64,000 nucleotides of DNA from Vicugna vicugna (taxonomy: Eukaryota). The number at the start of each line of letters is the position of its first letter. Positions within the stretch are counted from its first letter, which is position 1. The stretch lies in contig MU057651.1 in the NCBI GenBank assembly GCA_013265495.1, positions 248,001 through 312,000 on the forward strand, given 5' to 3'. The notes under the pieces were generated by a model. The model saw only the letters and a list, made by a program, of their open reading frames with translations. It was not told the origin of the DNA and searched no databases. The translations under genes were made by a program, and so were the position numbers. Below, one piece after another: positions 26,241-38,747 of this stretch.

Positions 26241-26779
26241 ATCTGCTCTAGACTGTAAACTCTGTGAAAGCCACAACCGTGGCAGATTTTTTCACTATCA
26301 CATTCTGGAACCTAGCACAATATCTGCCATAGAATATATACTCAATATATATTTGTTGAGTTGGCTGAACTCTTAGGAAACCTTCCCTGACTCCCAGCAC
26401 CACCCCAAATAGAATTCCTTCATCAATGTTCTGATAGCATCCTTTATATTGCCTCTTTATAATACTTATCTACAATGTATTTAAATATATTATAGATAAA
26501 TATTCAGTGTCCTTCTCAGAGATACTGTTTTAATCATTTTTGAATCCTGGGATCAAATAGATTGCCTGAAACATATTAGCCCTGTGTTATCTTGCTGAAT
26601 TAAATGCTAGGTTGAGTCTCCAGGTAAAGTAAAAAGTGCTTTGAAAAAGATAAAAGTGTTAAATAAATATGATTTAATGCTAGTAGGGCAGCCAGCGACT
26701 GTAAATAGTTGTGAAGGCACCATTGTTTTGAGTACTTGGTTATATTTGACATGCTGTCTAAAAATTGTGCTGTTACTTT

Positions 26780-27450
26780 AGATTAAAGCAATGATTTCTT
26801 AGATATGACAACAAAAGTGACAAAAGAAAAAAATAAATTGGATTACACCAAAATTAATACCTTTTGTGCTACAAATGATGCCATCAAGAAAGTGAAAAGA
26901 CAACCCATGGAATGAGAGAAAACATTTTCAAATTACATATATAAGGTACTTGTATCTAGAATATATAAAGAATACTTACAAATCAATAATAAAAAGAAAA
27001 GATTCCAATGAAAGGACCTAAATAGACATTTCTCCAAAGAAGACATACAAATGACCAATAAATAACCACAAAGATGCTCACTGTCATTAGTCACTAGGTA
27101 AATACAAATAAAAATCACAGTGAAATATAATTTCATACCTGCAAGGATTGCTGTAATAAAAAAAAGTGTTGGTAAGAATGTGGAGAAATTAGAACCTTGA
27201 AACACTGCTGATAGGAATGTAAAATGGTACAGCCACTATGGGAAATAATATGGCAGCTCCTCACAAAGTTAATCATAAAGTTACCATATAATCCAGCAAT
27301 TCTACTGTGTGGAATATACCCAAGAGAACTGAAAACATATGACTACACAAATATTTGTACACAAATATTCATGGTAGCATTATTCATATTAATCAATAAC
27401 TGGAAACAGCTCAAATATTGATAAACTGATGAATAGATAAAGAAATGTGG

Positions 27451-27494
<44 letters not shown>

Positions 27495-27878
27495 AATATT
27501 ATTTAGCCATGAAATAGAATGAACTGCTGATACATTCTAGACATGGATGGACCTTGAAACATAATGCCAAGTGAAGAAAGCCAGACACAAAAGATAATAT
27601 ATATGATTTAACTGATATAAAATGTCCTGAATAGTCAAATTCATAGAGACAGAAAGTAGACTAGTAGTTGCTTAAGGCTGGGAGGGGGGTTTTGAAGAGA
27701 AATGGGAAGTGACTGCTAATGAGAATTGGGTTTTTTTCAGGGGGTTGAAAATATTCTGGAATTAGAAAATGGTGATGGTTGCACAATTCATTAAATATAC
27801 TAAAAAATACTGAATTACATACTTTAAAAGGTGAACTTTATGGTATGTGAATTATATCTCAAGAAAGTTGTTTAAAAA
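26780..27878 (+). mobile_element. L1MB-like 3' end
   Basis: aagcaatgatttcttagatatgaca...catataatccagcaattc...gtgaattatatctcaa. Confidence 0.9.
27454..27492. repeat. (AC)n microsatellite within L1
   Basis: Direct reading. Confidence 0.95.
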
Positions 27879-28402
27879 TCGTGCTGTTTATTAAAGCTTA
27901 TACTTCCTCTATAATAATTCATTTTTCATATTTTATTTTTAAAGACCGTGTACACTAACAAACTAACCAAATAATAATATAAAAGTTATCTTCTTTTTAA
28001 AAGTGAAATACTGTAGTTGGCTCATGGTATGGATGGTAAAACTGTTCTGATGTGAAAATGATTCTATTACTGTTTAAAATGATTCTGCTATTGGTTAAAG
28101 TTGTTAATCAATTAAACCAGAAAAATGCCCCAAGTTCACCATCACTTTTCAGGACACATTTCTATTACATCACACTCTGATGATTGATATCCTTATTTCT
28201 CCCTCTCCTACTAGGCTATGAGCTCCTTTAGGAGGTGGGTTCTATTTTTGTATCCTTAGGGCCTAGATCAGTGCCTGAAGCATTAAAGACATTCATTAAA
28301 TACCTGTTGAATGACTGAATGAATAAATGATTAATTACCAGCTCTATCTCAAACAGTCAGTGAAAATTTGCAAATTTATCAGTTCTTTTTTCTTTTTTTT
28401 AG

Positions 28403-28474
28403 GAATAGCAATCACCGATACTTCCTGATTCATAAGAATTCTTCCAGTTATCCAAAAGTCATAGCAACGTAAAG
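28403..28474 (+). other. Candidate 72-nt internal exon (probably non-coding/UTR)
   Basis: 18-nt pure pyrimidine tract + AG|G acceptor; AAG|GTAGGC donor; non-repetitive context; stops in all three frames (one only in the last codon). Confidence 0.35.
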
Positions 28475-29319
28475 GTAGGCAATTTTTGCAGAAAATAATC
28501 AATTGAAATATATACAAGGCTGCCTAAATGCCTTAAAATTCCAACTAGGAAATATCAGTTCTCTAAATATCTGAAAGTAAAATTTCCCTTTCTTTCTTCC
28601 TTTTTCAAAATGCATATGTCACCTGCAAAGTGTTCAGCTGTTAAAGTTACTAAATGAACAAGCTGAGAGAGATTGAGGTCTTAGCACGTGTATAAGAAAG
28701 GCTATATCCTACTCAGATTCTCATTTCAATCTATGACCATTTAATTTGGGGCTCAATTGCCTGGTTCTTTTTAATGCAATCAGTGACAAGCCACGGTCTA
28801 TGCCCTAAATGGGTTTACAGTCTAGTCAATTGGAGCAAATTCCTTCATTCAGTGTTTATTGAGTACCTGTTGGGTGCTAAGCTATGTTCTAGAGCCTGGG
28901 GACATAGCAGTGAACAGAAACAGCCAAAAAGTCTCTGCCTCACTAAGCTTTCATACCTGGCTACATCTCATGGTTTACTTCCTTCACCTAAATCACATTA
29001 AATTTTTTTCTACCTTTCTAGCCAGCCTGCTTCCAAGAAGGGCCCTGAATATTAATTCCTTTAGTGATTAGGAATTGGTACTAGAGTTTCCCTTTTGAAA
29101 CAAGACCCCTCTGCCTTTTCCCTTGATGGTACAAACAAAAAATTGTATTAACTTCTCAACTAAATACTAAGGAGTAAGTATTTGTTTTAGGAACCTTTTC
29201 TTTCTCCTTTATTCCCTCTCTCCCATCTGTAATCCACACAGATGGTGAACTTTGCCATTGCTCTGATGTGATGGACTGACAACTATAATCCTGGAATCAT
29301 TTTCACAAAGATTGGTGAC

Positions 29320-29445
29320 ATGGAGCTTAAAGCACAGTCTCTTCTGATTTTGTTTGTGGCTGCTCTCCTAACTGCAGGGAAATTAATGAAGATGATGAAA
29401 GAATACCATCTTCACTATCCTTTCCAGTCCAATATGCTAAATTAG
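29320..29445 (+). CDS. Candidate 41-aa smORF with signal-peptide-like N-terminus, MELKAQSLLILFVAALLTAGKLMKMMKEYHLHYPFQSNMLN
   Basis: gacATGG Kozak context; downstream of a pyrimidine-rich acceptor cacag| at 29241; no homolog recognised. Confidence 0.2.
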   Translation: MELKAQSLLILFVAALLTAGKLMKMMKEYHLHYPFQSNMLN

Positions 29446-30833
29446 AGATAAAATATTGGGATATATGGAAAATGTAGTGTAGATACTGTAAGTTGTTTTG
29501 CACGTCAGGTAAAACACACACACACAGCTATCTTTTATGGTCAAAATGGGACTATGATCCTGTTGTCACTAATTATGCAGAACTGAGGATTTTTATTATT
29601 TCCAACATTTTATTACTAAAATGTTCAAACATACAGAAAAGATGAAAGAAATTTACAATGAACATTCATATTTTCACCATCTATATCCTATAATTAACAT
29701 CGTATTTTACTTACTTTATCACATATTCCTCTAGCTATTCATCCCGCTATCTACCCATCAATCTAGAACTGAAGGGATCAGGTGCACAAATAGACCCCCT
29801 GATTGCTAGACCCTTGCCCTATGCTCTGTCTTGAATTTAATCTCTTTCATTTGTCAAAGTGAATTTGGTTTTGAAATACTGATAGCTCTGTAAAAACTGA
29901 TTTTTTTTCTATTAAGCTCTTGCCTAATTAAAGGGGATTAACTTGGGTAGAAGACTTCTGGTGATTTATTTATTTAAACGTTCCTGTAATTTCTCACTAC
30001 GTGTTCAGAAACTCAGATAAAACATGAGTTTCATTCATCTTAATAATAAGATATGCTTATAATCATAATTCTATTAAATGTCATTTCTAATCCCTGAATT
30101 CTCTTGATTTAAACCAGGAAGGTTCTATTGCTGCCAGCATCATTTTGTGGACTGTACACGTTAAATTAATTATAAGATTTAAAATGTGATTATCTCTATT
30201 CATATTTGACTTGATCTTTGTCCTTTTCACCCTTTCAATTTTCTTTTATACAGTCAATTCTTATTTACCTCAGTGATATCATTGAGTGTGAGAGACATAA
30301 ATAAAGGATTAAACATGGGAAACTTTTAAAAAGATTATCAACTTCACATCCCAAAACATACTTATGATTTTTAACACATGAAATTTAAAATTTATGTGTA
30401 AAAGTAGTGAAGGAAATTGCATGGGCTTAGAGCATCTCTTGCTCCCTTAAATAATTAGCATGGTTTTAAAAAAGCAAAATAAATGAGCAAATGGATTGAG
30501 CCAAAGACGTTTCCCTGAAGAATTTAGACCTTTAATTGTGGGGTATTTTGTTTTGTTCCCTACTGTAATGAAACCATAATATCTACAGCAGAGCTAAGTG
30601 TTCAGTTGCATCAGAAAAATAATAAAAAGCCATCCCAGTGAAAGGGTCTCAGAACTTCCCAAATTGCTCCTTGAGAGCAAGAACTACATCTTGTTCCCTA
30701 GCACATGCAGGCATACAGTGGGCACTTAGAAAATATTGTTTGAATATTTTTGAATAAACAGAAAAGTGTGATTCCTTCATATTCATGGTTTTTCATGTGG
30801 AGCAAATTCAGCCACAATGACTATAGCTCTAGG

Positions 30834-31058
30834 TAAGGAGTCTGAAAACTATGGCTTGTGGATTAAATCTGGCTCAGCACTTCTTTCTGTAAATGAAGTG
30901 TTACTGTAATAGAAGCACGCTCATTTTTCTACATATTACCTATGGCTGCTTTCATACTACAACAGCAGGGTTTAATTTATTGTGAAAGAGACTATATGGT
31001 CTGTGAAGCCTAAAATATTTCCTATGTGTCCCTTTATAGAAAGTGTTTCCCAAATCTG
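30834..31058. mobile_element. MER58A hAT MITE
   Basis: ctatggctgctttcatactacaacagcag...aagcctaaaatattt; flanked by ctctagg on both sides. Confidence 0.85.
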
Positions 31059-31094
31059 CTCTAGGGGGTATGTTTAGGCAAAACTAAAGGGGAA

Positions 31095-32540
31095 GACACC
31101 ACTTCACACCTTCCAGGATAACTATATATTTCTTTTAAAATACAAATAACAAGTTTTGGCAAGAATGTGGAGAAAATGGAACCCTAGTACACTGCTGGTA
31201 GAAATGTAAAATGGCACAAGTGCTGTAGAAAACAGTTAGGTGGTACCTCTAAAAGCTACACATAGAATTACCATGTGACCTAGCAATTCCACTCCTAGGT
31301 ATATATACCCAAAGGATCTGAATGCAGGAACTCAAACAGATAATTTGTGTGCCAGTGTTCACTGCAACATTATTTACATTAGCCAAAATGTTTAAACAAC
31401 TGAAGTTTCCATCAACAGATGAATGAATAAACAAAATATGGTATATCCATACAATGGAGTATCATTTAGTCAAAAAAGGAACAAAGTTCTGATACATGCT
31501 ACAACATGGATGAATCTTGAAAACATTATGCTAAGTGAAATAAGTCAGACACAGAAGGATAAGTGTTGTATGATCCCACTTATATGAAATATCTAGGTTA
31601 GGCAAATTCATTGAAACAAAGTAGATTAAAAGTTATAGTGACTAGGGCAGAAGGAATAGGGAGTTATTGCTTAATGGTTGTAGAGTTTCTTTTTGGGATG
31701 ATGTTACCGAAAGATCTGCCCCTGTCCCTGATGAGCCAAATTGAAACTCAGAGACAGGGTCTTGGAGCTTAGAAGAAAAGAGACAGCTTTATTACTTTGC
31801 CGGGCAAAGGGGACTCACACCAGGCTAGTGCCTTCAACACTGTGAACCCACCTTGGGGATGGGGCGGAGTAATTATATAGCCATAGCTCAAACAATAAAA
31901 CATTGATAACCATCAACAGAATCATTTCCTCATCATAAGACTTAGAGTGGTGTCATGATGCCTCAGGAGACCAATTCTGTAGAAGCTAGCAGTTGTCACT
32001 TCTCCCATCTTTTTATCGCCTAAGTGTCCAAGGTGTGGTCTTCTTGGTATTTAGCCTGCTTTGTAAGGTTACAGTTCTGTGACCTTCTCCCTGGAGAACA
32101 ACTCAGAAACCAAGTATGATTATTACTTTCGATTACTGGAATAAAGCAGAAACAGTAAAACTAATAGCTTTATTTTAACAATGGGCCTGGAGCTGTGAGT
32201 AGCAACTGGTCAGTTGGGTCAGTTGACCATTTTAAGGGCAAACATAAGAATAAGCAATCTTTTAGTCTAAGTGTGACCATTTTGTTAATCCTCCTTCAGT
32301 AATTAGAAAGATTTGGAAATAGTGTTGTTGCATAACTTGTGAATGTAATTAATGCCATTAAATTGTACAATTAAAATGGTTATAATGACAAATTTTATGT
32401 CTTATATATATATATATATATATATTTCACCACAATTTTTAACAACTTAGTGTAATATACCAATAAACATTGAACTGTACATTTTAAATTGGTGAATTGT
32501 ACAACATGTGAATCTCAATAAGGCTTTTAAAAAATAAAAC
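31095..32540 (+). mobile_element. L1MB-like 3' end interrupted by a solo LTR
   Basis: ataacaagttttggcaagaatgtggagaaa...atgctacaacatggatgaatcttgaaaacattatgc. Confidence 0.9.
31702..32298 (-). mobile_element. Young ERV1 solo LTR, copy 1
   Basis: TG...CA, 597 bp, near-identical to 34000-34595; flanks atga/gtaa (imperfect TSD). Confidence 0.9.
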
Positions 32541-33999
32541 TAAGGCATGGGAGAATAATAAGTGCTTGAGCTCCTAGAAACTCAGATAAGTCTCAGATTA
32601 CTCAAATCACACGTTTTATTAAATCAATTTTATATTTACAGTATGACACTAGAGGAGAGAGATGCAGTATGCTAACACACTTAGGATCAGATGCCAGCAG
32701 GCTGAACCACACCTGGGTTATGCAGTCTTTGTATGTCCTGTTTCTTTTGTCCACATTAGCCTTTCCCACTGAGGATGTGGTTGGGAGGACCAGAGATGAG
32801 GTTTGAACAAAGGAGCTTTGTGGATGAAAGAAGCCTGAAACCAATTATACATACGTGCTTTATCGGAAGTTGTAGGGACAAGTGCGCTTGTCCACAGCTG
32901 AAGCTTGCCATAGCCCAGTGAGCAGCTAGGAATTTTTATTTGTCATTTCCTGGCCACAGGATACATGGGCACAGAATACGTGACACACATGGGTGGCTGA
33001 TTTAGGTCCTCATGAATACTGAGTGCCTCATATATTTACTGTACCATGAATATTTGGTGCCTCAGAGGCCTGATGTATATTTGATATATCATGAATATTC
33101 GGTGCTTCCTGTGCCTCATGAATATTTAGTGCCTACTTGGTTCTTCTATCCCTTCTGATTTATGTTCTGCATATATATATATATCAACTTTATGTCTAAA
33201 ATGTCTCATAGATTACTAATCTACTTGTCTCTGCTTAACATATGTATGAATTTCATCTCCCACTTATTTTCTTGTTTCCTATGGCAAAATTGAATCAGTC
33301 AATATAGCAAATGCATATCACAATAGTTTGCAATATCCCTATTTTACAAATGAGGAAATTGCACAGAGGAGATAAGCAACTTGTAAGTCTTGCCAAGGTC
33401 ACAGGTAGAGTCAGAAATCAAATTCTGGCAGCTTGACTCTAGAGCTTATGCTTTTAACTGCTGTGATCTACTGCCTCTGAGGATCAGTGTGAGGAAAGGG
33501 ATTCTAAGAGTATAAGGTAGGCATCTTAAGAGATGTTCTAAGTGCTATGGAAGCTTACTGGGGCTTAATGAAATACTTTTTGGAAATATCATCTGAGATG
33601 ACCTGGGAAGAATGAAAGGATAATTACAAGCAGAAATCAGAGCAGAAGTGTGAATTTAAAATATTTTAGCATGGACAGTGTGACATTGTGCATCTGTATC
33701 AGTTGAAGTTACAACCCAGGTTCAACAAGTTCGTGGTCCTGATGCATAGTGAGACCAAACTGAAATGTTGGACTTTGGAGCACAGAAAGGTTTATTGAAA
33801 GGACCATGCAAGGAGAATGGGTGGCTCGTGCTCAAAAGACCCCAACCCTCTACCCCTCCCCTCATGGTTTTCAGGGAAGAGTTTTTATAGGTAAAATTTG
33901 AGGAGAATGGCTGCAGGTTGTGTGACCTTCCTCTGATTGGTTGGTAGTGAGGTAACGGTGGTGTTCCAGGGATCTCAGTCATTGGCCTCTGGTTCCAAC

Positions 34000-34595
34000 T
34001 GTTGCTGAAAGATCGGCCCCTGTCCCTGATGAGCCAAGTTGAAACTCAGAGACAGGGTCTTGGAGCTTAGAAGAAAAGAGACAGCTTTATTACTTTGCCG
34101 GGCAAAGGGGACTCACACCAGGCTAGTGCCTTCAACACTGTGAACCCACCTTGGGGATGGGGCGGAGTAATTATATAGCCATAGCTCAAACAATAAAACA
34201 TTGATAACCATCAACAGAATCATTTCCTCATCATAAGACTTAGAGTGGTGTCATGATGCCTCAGGAGACCAATTCTGTAGAAGCTAGCAGTTGTCACTTC
34301 TCCCATCTTTTTATCGCCTAAGTGTCCAAGGTGTGGTCTTCTTGGTATTTAGCCTGCTTTATAAGGTTACATTCTGTGACCTTCTCCCTGGAGAACAACT
34401 CAGAAACCAAGTATGATTATTACTTTTGATTACGGGAATAAAGCAGAAACAGTAAAACTAATAGCTTTATTTTAATAATGGGCCTGGAGCTGTGAGTAGC
34501 AACTGGTCAGTTGGGTCAGTTGACCGTTTTAAGGGCAAGCGAAAGAATAAGCAATCTGTTAGCCTAAATGTGACCATTTTATTAATCCTCCTTCA
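34000..34595 (-). mobile_element. Young ERV1 solo LTR, copy 2
   Basis: TG...CA with perfect TSD caac. Confidence 0.9.
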
Positions 34596-34616
34596 CAACC
34601 TTTTTGGGGTCTGTTG

Positions 34617-35095
34617 TGTGCACAACGTGGCGGCCCATTGGTGACATTGTGACGTGCACAGGTTCAGTAAAAGAATTTATCAGAGAGTATGGGAATAGAA
34701 AGGAGTTTATTAGGGTGCACTGCCATAAACAACAGTGGACCACACAGACGAGAGGTGCCTGTGTGAGCACTGAGGGCCAGTTGTTGGGGTCTTTTATAAG
34801 GTAGGGTCACAAGTGCCTGATGGGCTTGAACACAAGTCTCTGATTGGTTGTAGGTGAGGTAAGAAGTTTAGGGTCTGTGAAGGGCGGTGGGGTTTATGAC
34901 TCTGATAAACTGGGCTGAAACAAGCCAGCCTGAGCTATTGTGAGATTAAGCATTACCTAGGGCTATTAGTTTGTTAGGACAAATACACCCAGTAAAGCAA
35001 AAAAAAGACCAAAAAAAGACAAAACAAAAAGCACTTCATCTGTCGAGGGATCTGAGAGCCCAGAAATGGGGGTCGTTGGATTCTGAAGGATATCA
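34617..35095 (-). mobile_element. Third, distinct solo LTR
   Basis: TG...CA with perfect TSD gttg; antisense AATAAA, TATAAAA and CCAAT motifs in LTR order. Confidence 0.8.
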
Positions 35096-36579
35096 GTTGG
35101 CTGAAAAGTTACCATCCTCCACCTGGGTGGGGGCCTTAGTTTCTGTGAAAAGAACTCAGAGCTGTGTATCAAATTGTTATGTATATTCCTCGAGGAGGAA
35201 CCAGAATCCTGCCCCAAGGCTGCGCTATTGTTTCTTGACTGCCTTTCCTGTGTTTTGGCATTCCCTCACTCCTCTAATTAGTAACTGTTTGAATCTGCCC
35301 TTTGGAACTCAGGGAAGGTCTGGAAGGCTGAAAGCCTTTTTCCTACAAACAAGAAAAGGACAACAGAGAAAGCCTTCTGTAGCCAGGAGGGCCCGACAGG
35401 GTGCTGCTTGGTTTCATACTTAGGAATTCACATTCCTGAGAGCCAACTATTATTTTAGTTAGGAGAGATCTACCATAAAGTGGCAACTACAAGTGCTTTC
35501 TTTATTTATAGCTAACACTATCTATAGCAATATCCTATGCTTTATTAGTTCACATTGTGAATGTTGGAAGCTGGTTTTTATTGGTGAAATTTGTGGCTTG
35601 TTAATTAGCATAATGAACATTAGAAATGAGTTCTCATTGTTGATATTAAATATATTCGAAATATGTGACTGGCTAAAATATTTTGAATACATACGTCACT
35701 CTTATAATGAGTAGGGCAAAAAATCCAGTGTAGCCCATGGCCTTTACCATTAGGAATACCCAGACTCAAAACTAAATGTGGTCTAGTGGCCAGCTTTTGG
35801 TTTGGAAAATTTCTGGTTGCCTAATGCAGACTATAGGCTAACACAATTCTGCCTCTAGAATGTACTTACATCTTTTTTTTAGTAGATTTTATTGATTGAG
35901 AGGACATTTATGTGCATATGAATTCCAGAATCACAGTAACTGCATAGGGTCCCAGGGGTCCAAAGTTTGCAATTTGAAATCACTATTGTGTATATGGGGA
36001 GAAGGGAGGTTTCACATCATTTTAGGAAGATTAATCTGACTTTGGAATGTGGGATGAATTGAATTGCTGGAAGAATACTCCAGAGAAATAGTAAAAGTGT
36101 GGTGTCTGTGAGAATGGAATAGAGAAGTTGGATTGGAGAGGCATGGTAGAGACAGAATATGCTTGGCTCAACAATTAAGTAAATACAGGGACTAGAGGGA
36201 GAAGGAATGATATTTATAACAATCATGTATTTAGAGCTTATCATGTGCCAGGCAGAGTCTGAGTAGTTTGTATATGTTAAGTCATTTATTCCTCACAAAA
36301 ACCTTAGAGTTGGATATTCTACAGATGAAGAAACTGAAGTACTGAGAGTATAAACGCTCTGCCAAAGGTCAGAGAATTGGGATTTAAACCCAGGCAATCT
36401 GGCTACAAAATCCTAACTGTTCAACCATACTGCTTCAAAGAATTAAATACAACCCCAAAGTTTTGAGCCCCTGTGATTAAGAGAATGATGAAGTCATTGA
36501 CTGAAATAGATAAATCAGCAGAAGTATTTGGGGTAAGGGGAGAAAACATATATATGCAAGTATATTGGTCAGTCTACTT

Positions 36580-37061
36580 TGTTACTATTACTGAAAGCAA
36601 GATGATGTGCCCACCACACCATGAGGCCAAATGAACTGAAACTTTGAAGTCTGGAGCAGAGAAAGGTTTATTGCAGGGCCATGCAAGGAGGACGGGGTGG
36701 CTCATGCCCAAGAAAAACCTCGAACTCCCCGAAGGGTTTCAGCAAAGCCTATTTAAAACCCAGGTGAGGGAGGGGGTCACAGGGTGCCTGATCACCTTGT
36801 GCACAATTCTCTGATTGGCTGATGTTGAGATAACAGGGCGGTTAACACTAACAACCCCTAAGTGCCAGAAGGTCTGGGAGCTATGCATTCTCAATCATCA
36901 AGTAGTTAATTTCTTCCCTTTGTGATAGTTTTAAGCATCTGAAAAACTCAGGTAATATACACGGTATACTATTATCTGAGTGATTCAGAGAGGAGCTACA
37001 GCAGAGGATATGAGGGAGGGGTCTGACCCCGGAAGGCCCTACAGGGTCCTGCTCGGTTACA
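36580..37061 (-). mobile_element. ERV1 solo LTR
   Basis: ggagcagagaaaggtttattgcagggccatgcaagg...gggtcctgctcggttaca. Confidence 0.85.
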
Positions 37062-37276
37062 TTTTTCTGTTTATTGATTGATTGATTGATTGATTCTTTC
37101 AGTTTTATTGAGATATAACTGACATACAGCACTATGTAAGTTTAAGGTGTATATCACAATGTCTTGACATACATATATTGTTAACTGATTACCACAATAA
37201 CTTTAGTTAACATCCATGACCTCATATAGTTACAAATTTTTTTTTTGTGATGAGAATTGTTAAGACTTGCTGTCTC

Positions 37277-38018
37277 AAACAACCCAATCAAAAAATGGGC
37301 AGAAGACCTAAACAGACATTTATCCAAAGAAGATGGCCAGCAGGCACAAGAAAAGATGCTCAACATTCCTAATTATTAGAGAAATACAAATCAAAACTGT
37401 AATGAGGTATCACCTCATACCAATCAAAATGGCCATCATCAAAATGTCTACAAATAATAAATACTGGAGAGGATGTGGAGAAAAAGGAACCTGTTGATGG
37501 GAGTGTAAATTGGTATAGCCACTATAGAGAACAGTATATATATGTATATGAGTATTACTCAGCCATAAAAAATGAAATACCATTTGCAGCAACATGGATG
37601 GACCTAGAGATGGTCATACTAAATGAAGTAAATCAGACAGAGAAAGACAAATATTATACGATATCACTTATATGTGGAATCTAAAAGAATGATACAAAGG
37701 AACTTACTTATAAACCAGAAATAGACTCACAGACATAGAAAACAAACTTAAGGTTACCAAAGGGGAAAGGTGGGGAGGGATAAATTAGGAATTTGGGATT
37801 AACAGATACACACTACTATATATAAAATAGATAACAAGGACCTACTGCGTAGCACAGGGAATTATATTCAATATCTTATAATAACCTATAATGGAAAAGA
37901 ATCTGAAAAAGAATATATATATATATATACACATATATATATAAAACTGAGTCACTGCTGTACACCTGAAACATTGTAAATCAACTATACTTCAATTAAA
38001 AATTTTTAAAAATTTAAA
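37277..38018 (+). mobile_element. L1 3' end with internal deletion
   Basis: aaacaacccaatcaaaaaatgggcag...aactatacttcaattaaaa; degenerate TSD aagactt..tctc. Confidence 0.9.
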
Positions 38019-38039
38019 AAAGACTTAGTCTCTTACAAC

Positions 38040-38226
38040 TTTTTTTTTTTTTACTTTTTATTGAAGTACAGTCAGTTCACATTGTTGTGTCAATTTCTGG
38101 TGTACAGCACAATGCTTCAGTCATACATGAACATACATATATTCATTTTCATATTCTTTTTCACTGTAAGCTAGTACAAGATATCAAATATAGTTCCCTG
38201 TGCTATACAGTATAAACTTGTTTATC
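38040..38226 (-). mobile_element. Young camelid-type L1 3' end
   Basis: Same family as 7518-7805; flanks acaacttt/acagcttt. Confidence 0.85.
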
Positions 38227-38747
38227 AACAGCTTTCAAATATACCATACAGCAATGTTAACTACAGTCATCAAATTGTACATTACATTCCCGTTGCTTAT
38301 TTATCTTATAATGGAAGTTTGTACCTTTTGCTACCTCCATCCAAATCCCTGACCCCCAACTGTAGTAACCACAAATCTGACATCTTTTTCTATGAGGATT
38401 TTTTAAAGATTCTACATGTAAGTGAAATTGTGCAGTATTTGTCTTTCTTTGACTTATTTCACTTAGCATATGCCCTCAAAGTCTATCCATGTTTTCATGA
38501 ATGGCAAAATTTCATGCTTTTTCATGACTGATTAGTATTCCATTTTGTATATATACTGTGTATATATACCACATTGTCTTTATCAATTCAGGTCAGACAC
38601 TCTGGTGTAGCACAACTAAAATCTTTGAGATTCAAAGGTGCCAAGAGTGGATAATACTTTTAAGTTTCTATTAACTGTTACAAAGCATACCTTAAATGAG
38701 CCACTCTAGTGCAAGTTAATGATAACACTTGGAGAATGAGAGAATGT

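Larger units (their letters stand above)
33704..35416 (-). mobile_element. Older ERV1 LTR split by two younger LTRs
   Basis: tttggagcacagaaaggtttattg (shared with the 36580 LTR)...resumes aagttaccatcctccacctggg...gctgcttggtttca. Confidence 0.8.
37090..38590 (-). mobile_element. L1MA-like 3' end hosting two younger L1s
   Basis: ttttattgagatataactgacatac...tgtgatgagaa | ...tttcaaatataccataca...gacttatttcacttagcata. Confidence 0.85.

Noticed and set aside
33009..33133. CRISPR-like repeat-spacer pattern
   Set aside because: Mammalian DNA; repeats short and degenerate, spacing irregular, no cas genes
31702..34595. Possible intact provirus bounded by two near-identical LTRs
   Set aside because: The interval holds L1, MIR and other host repeats, with no PBS, gag or pol; copy 2 has its own TSD
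34971..35423. 150-aa ORF (and the 130-aa ORF at 11547)
   Set aside because: Lie antisense within LTR sequence, and the first crosses an LTR-LTR junction
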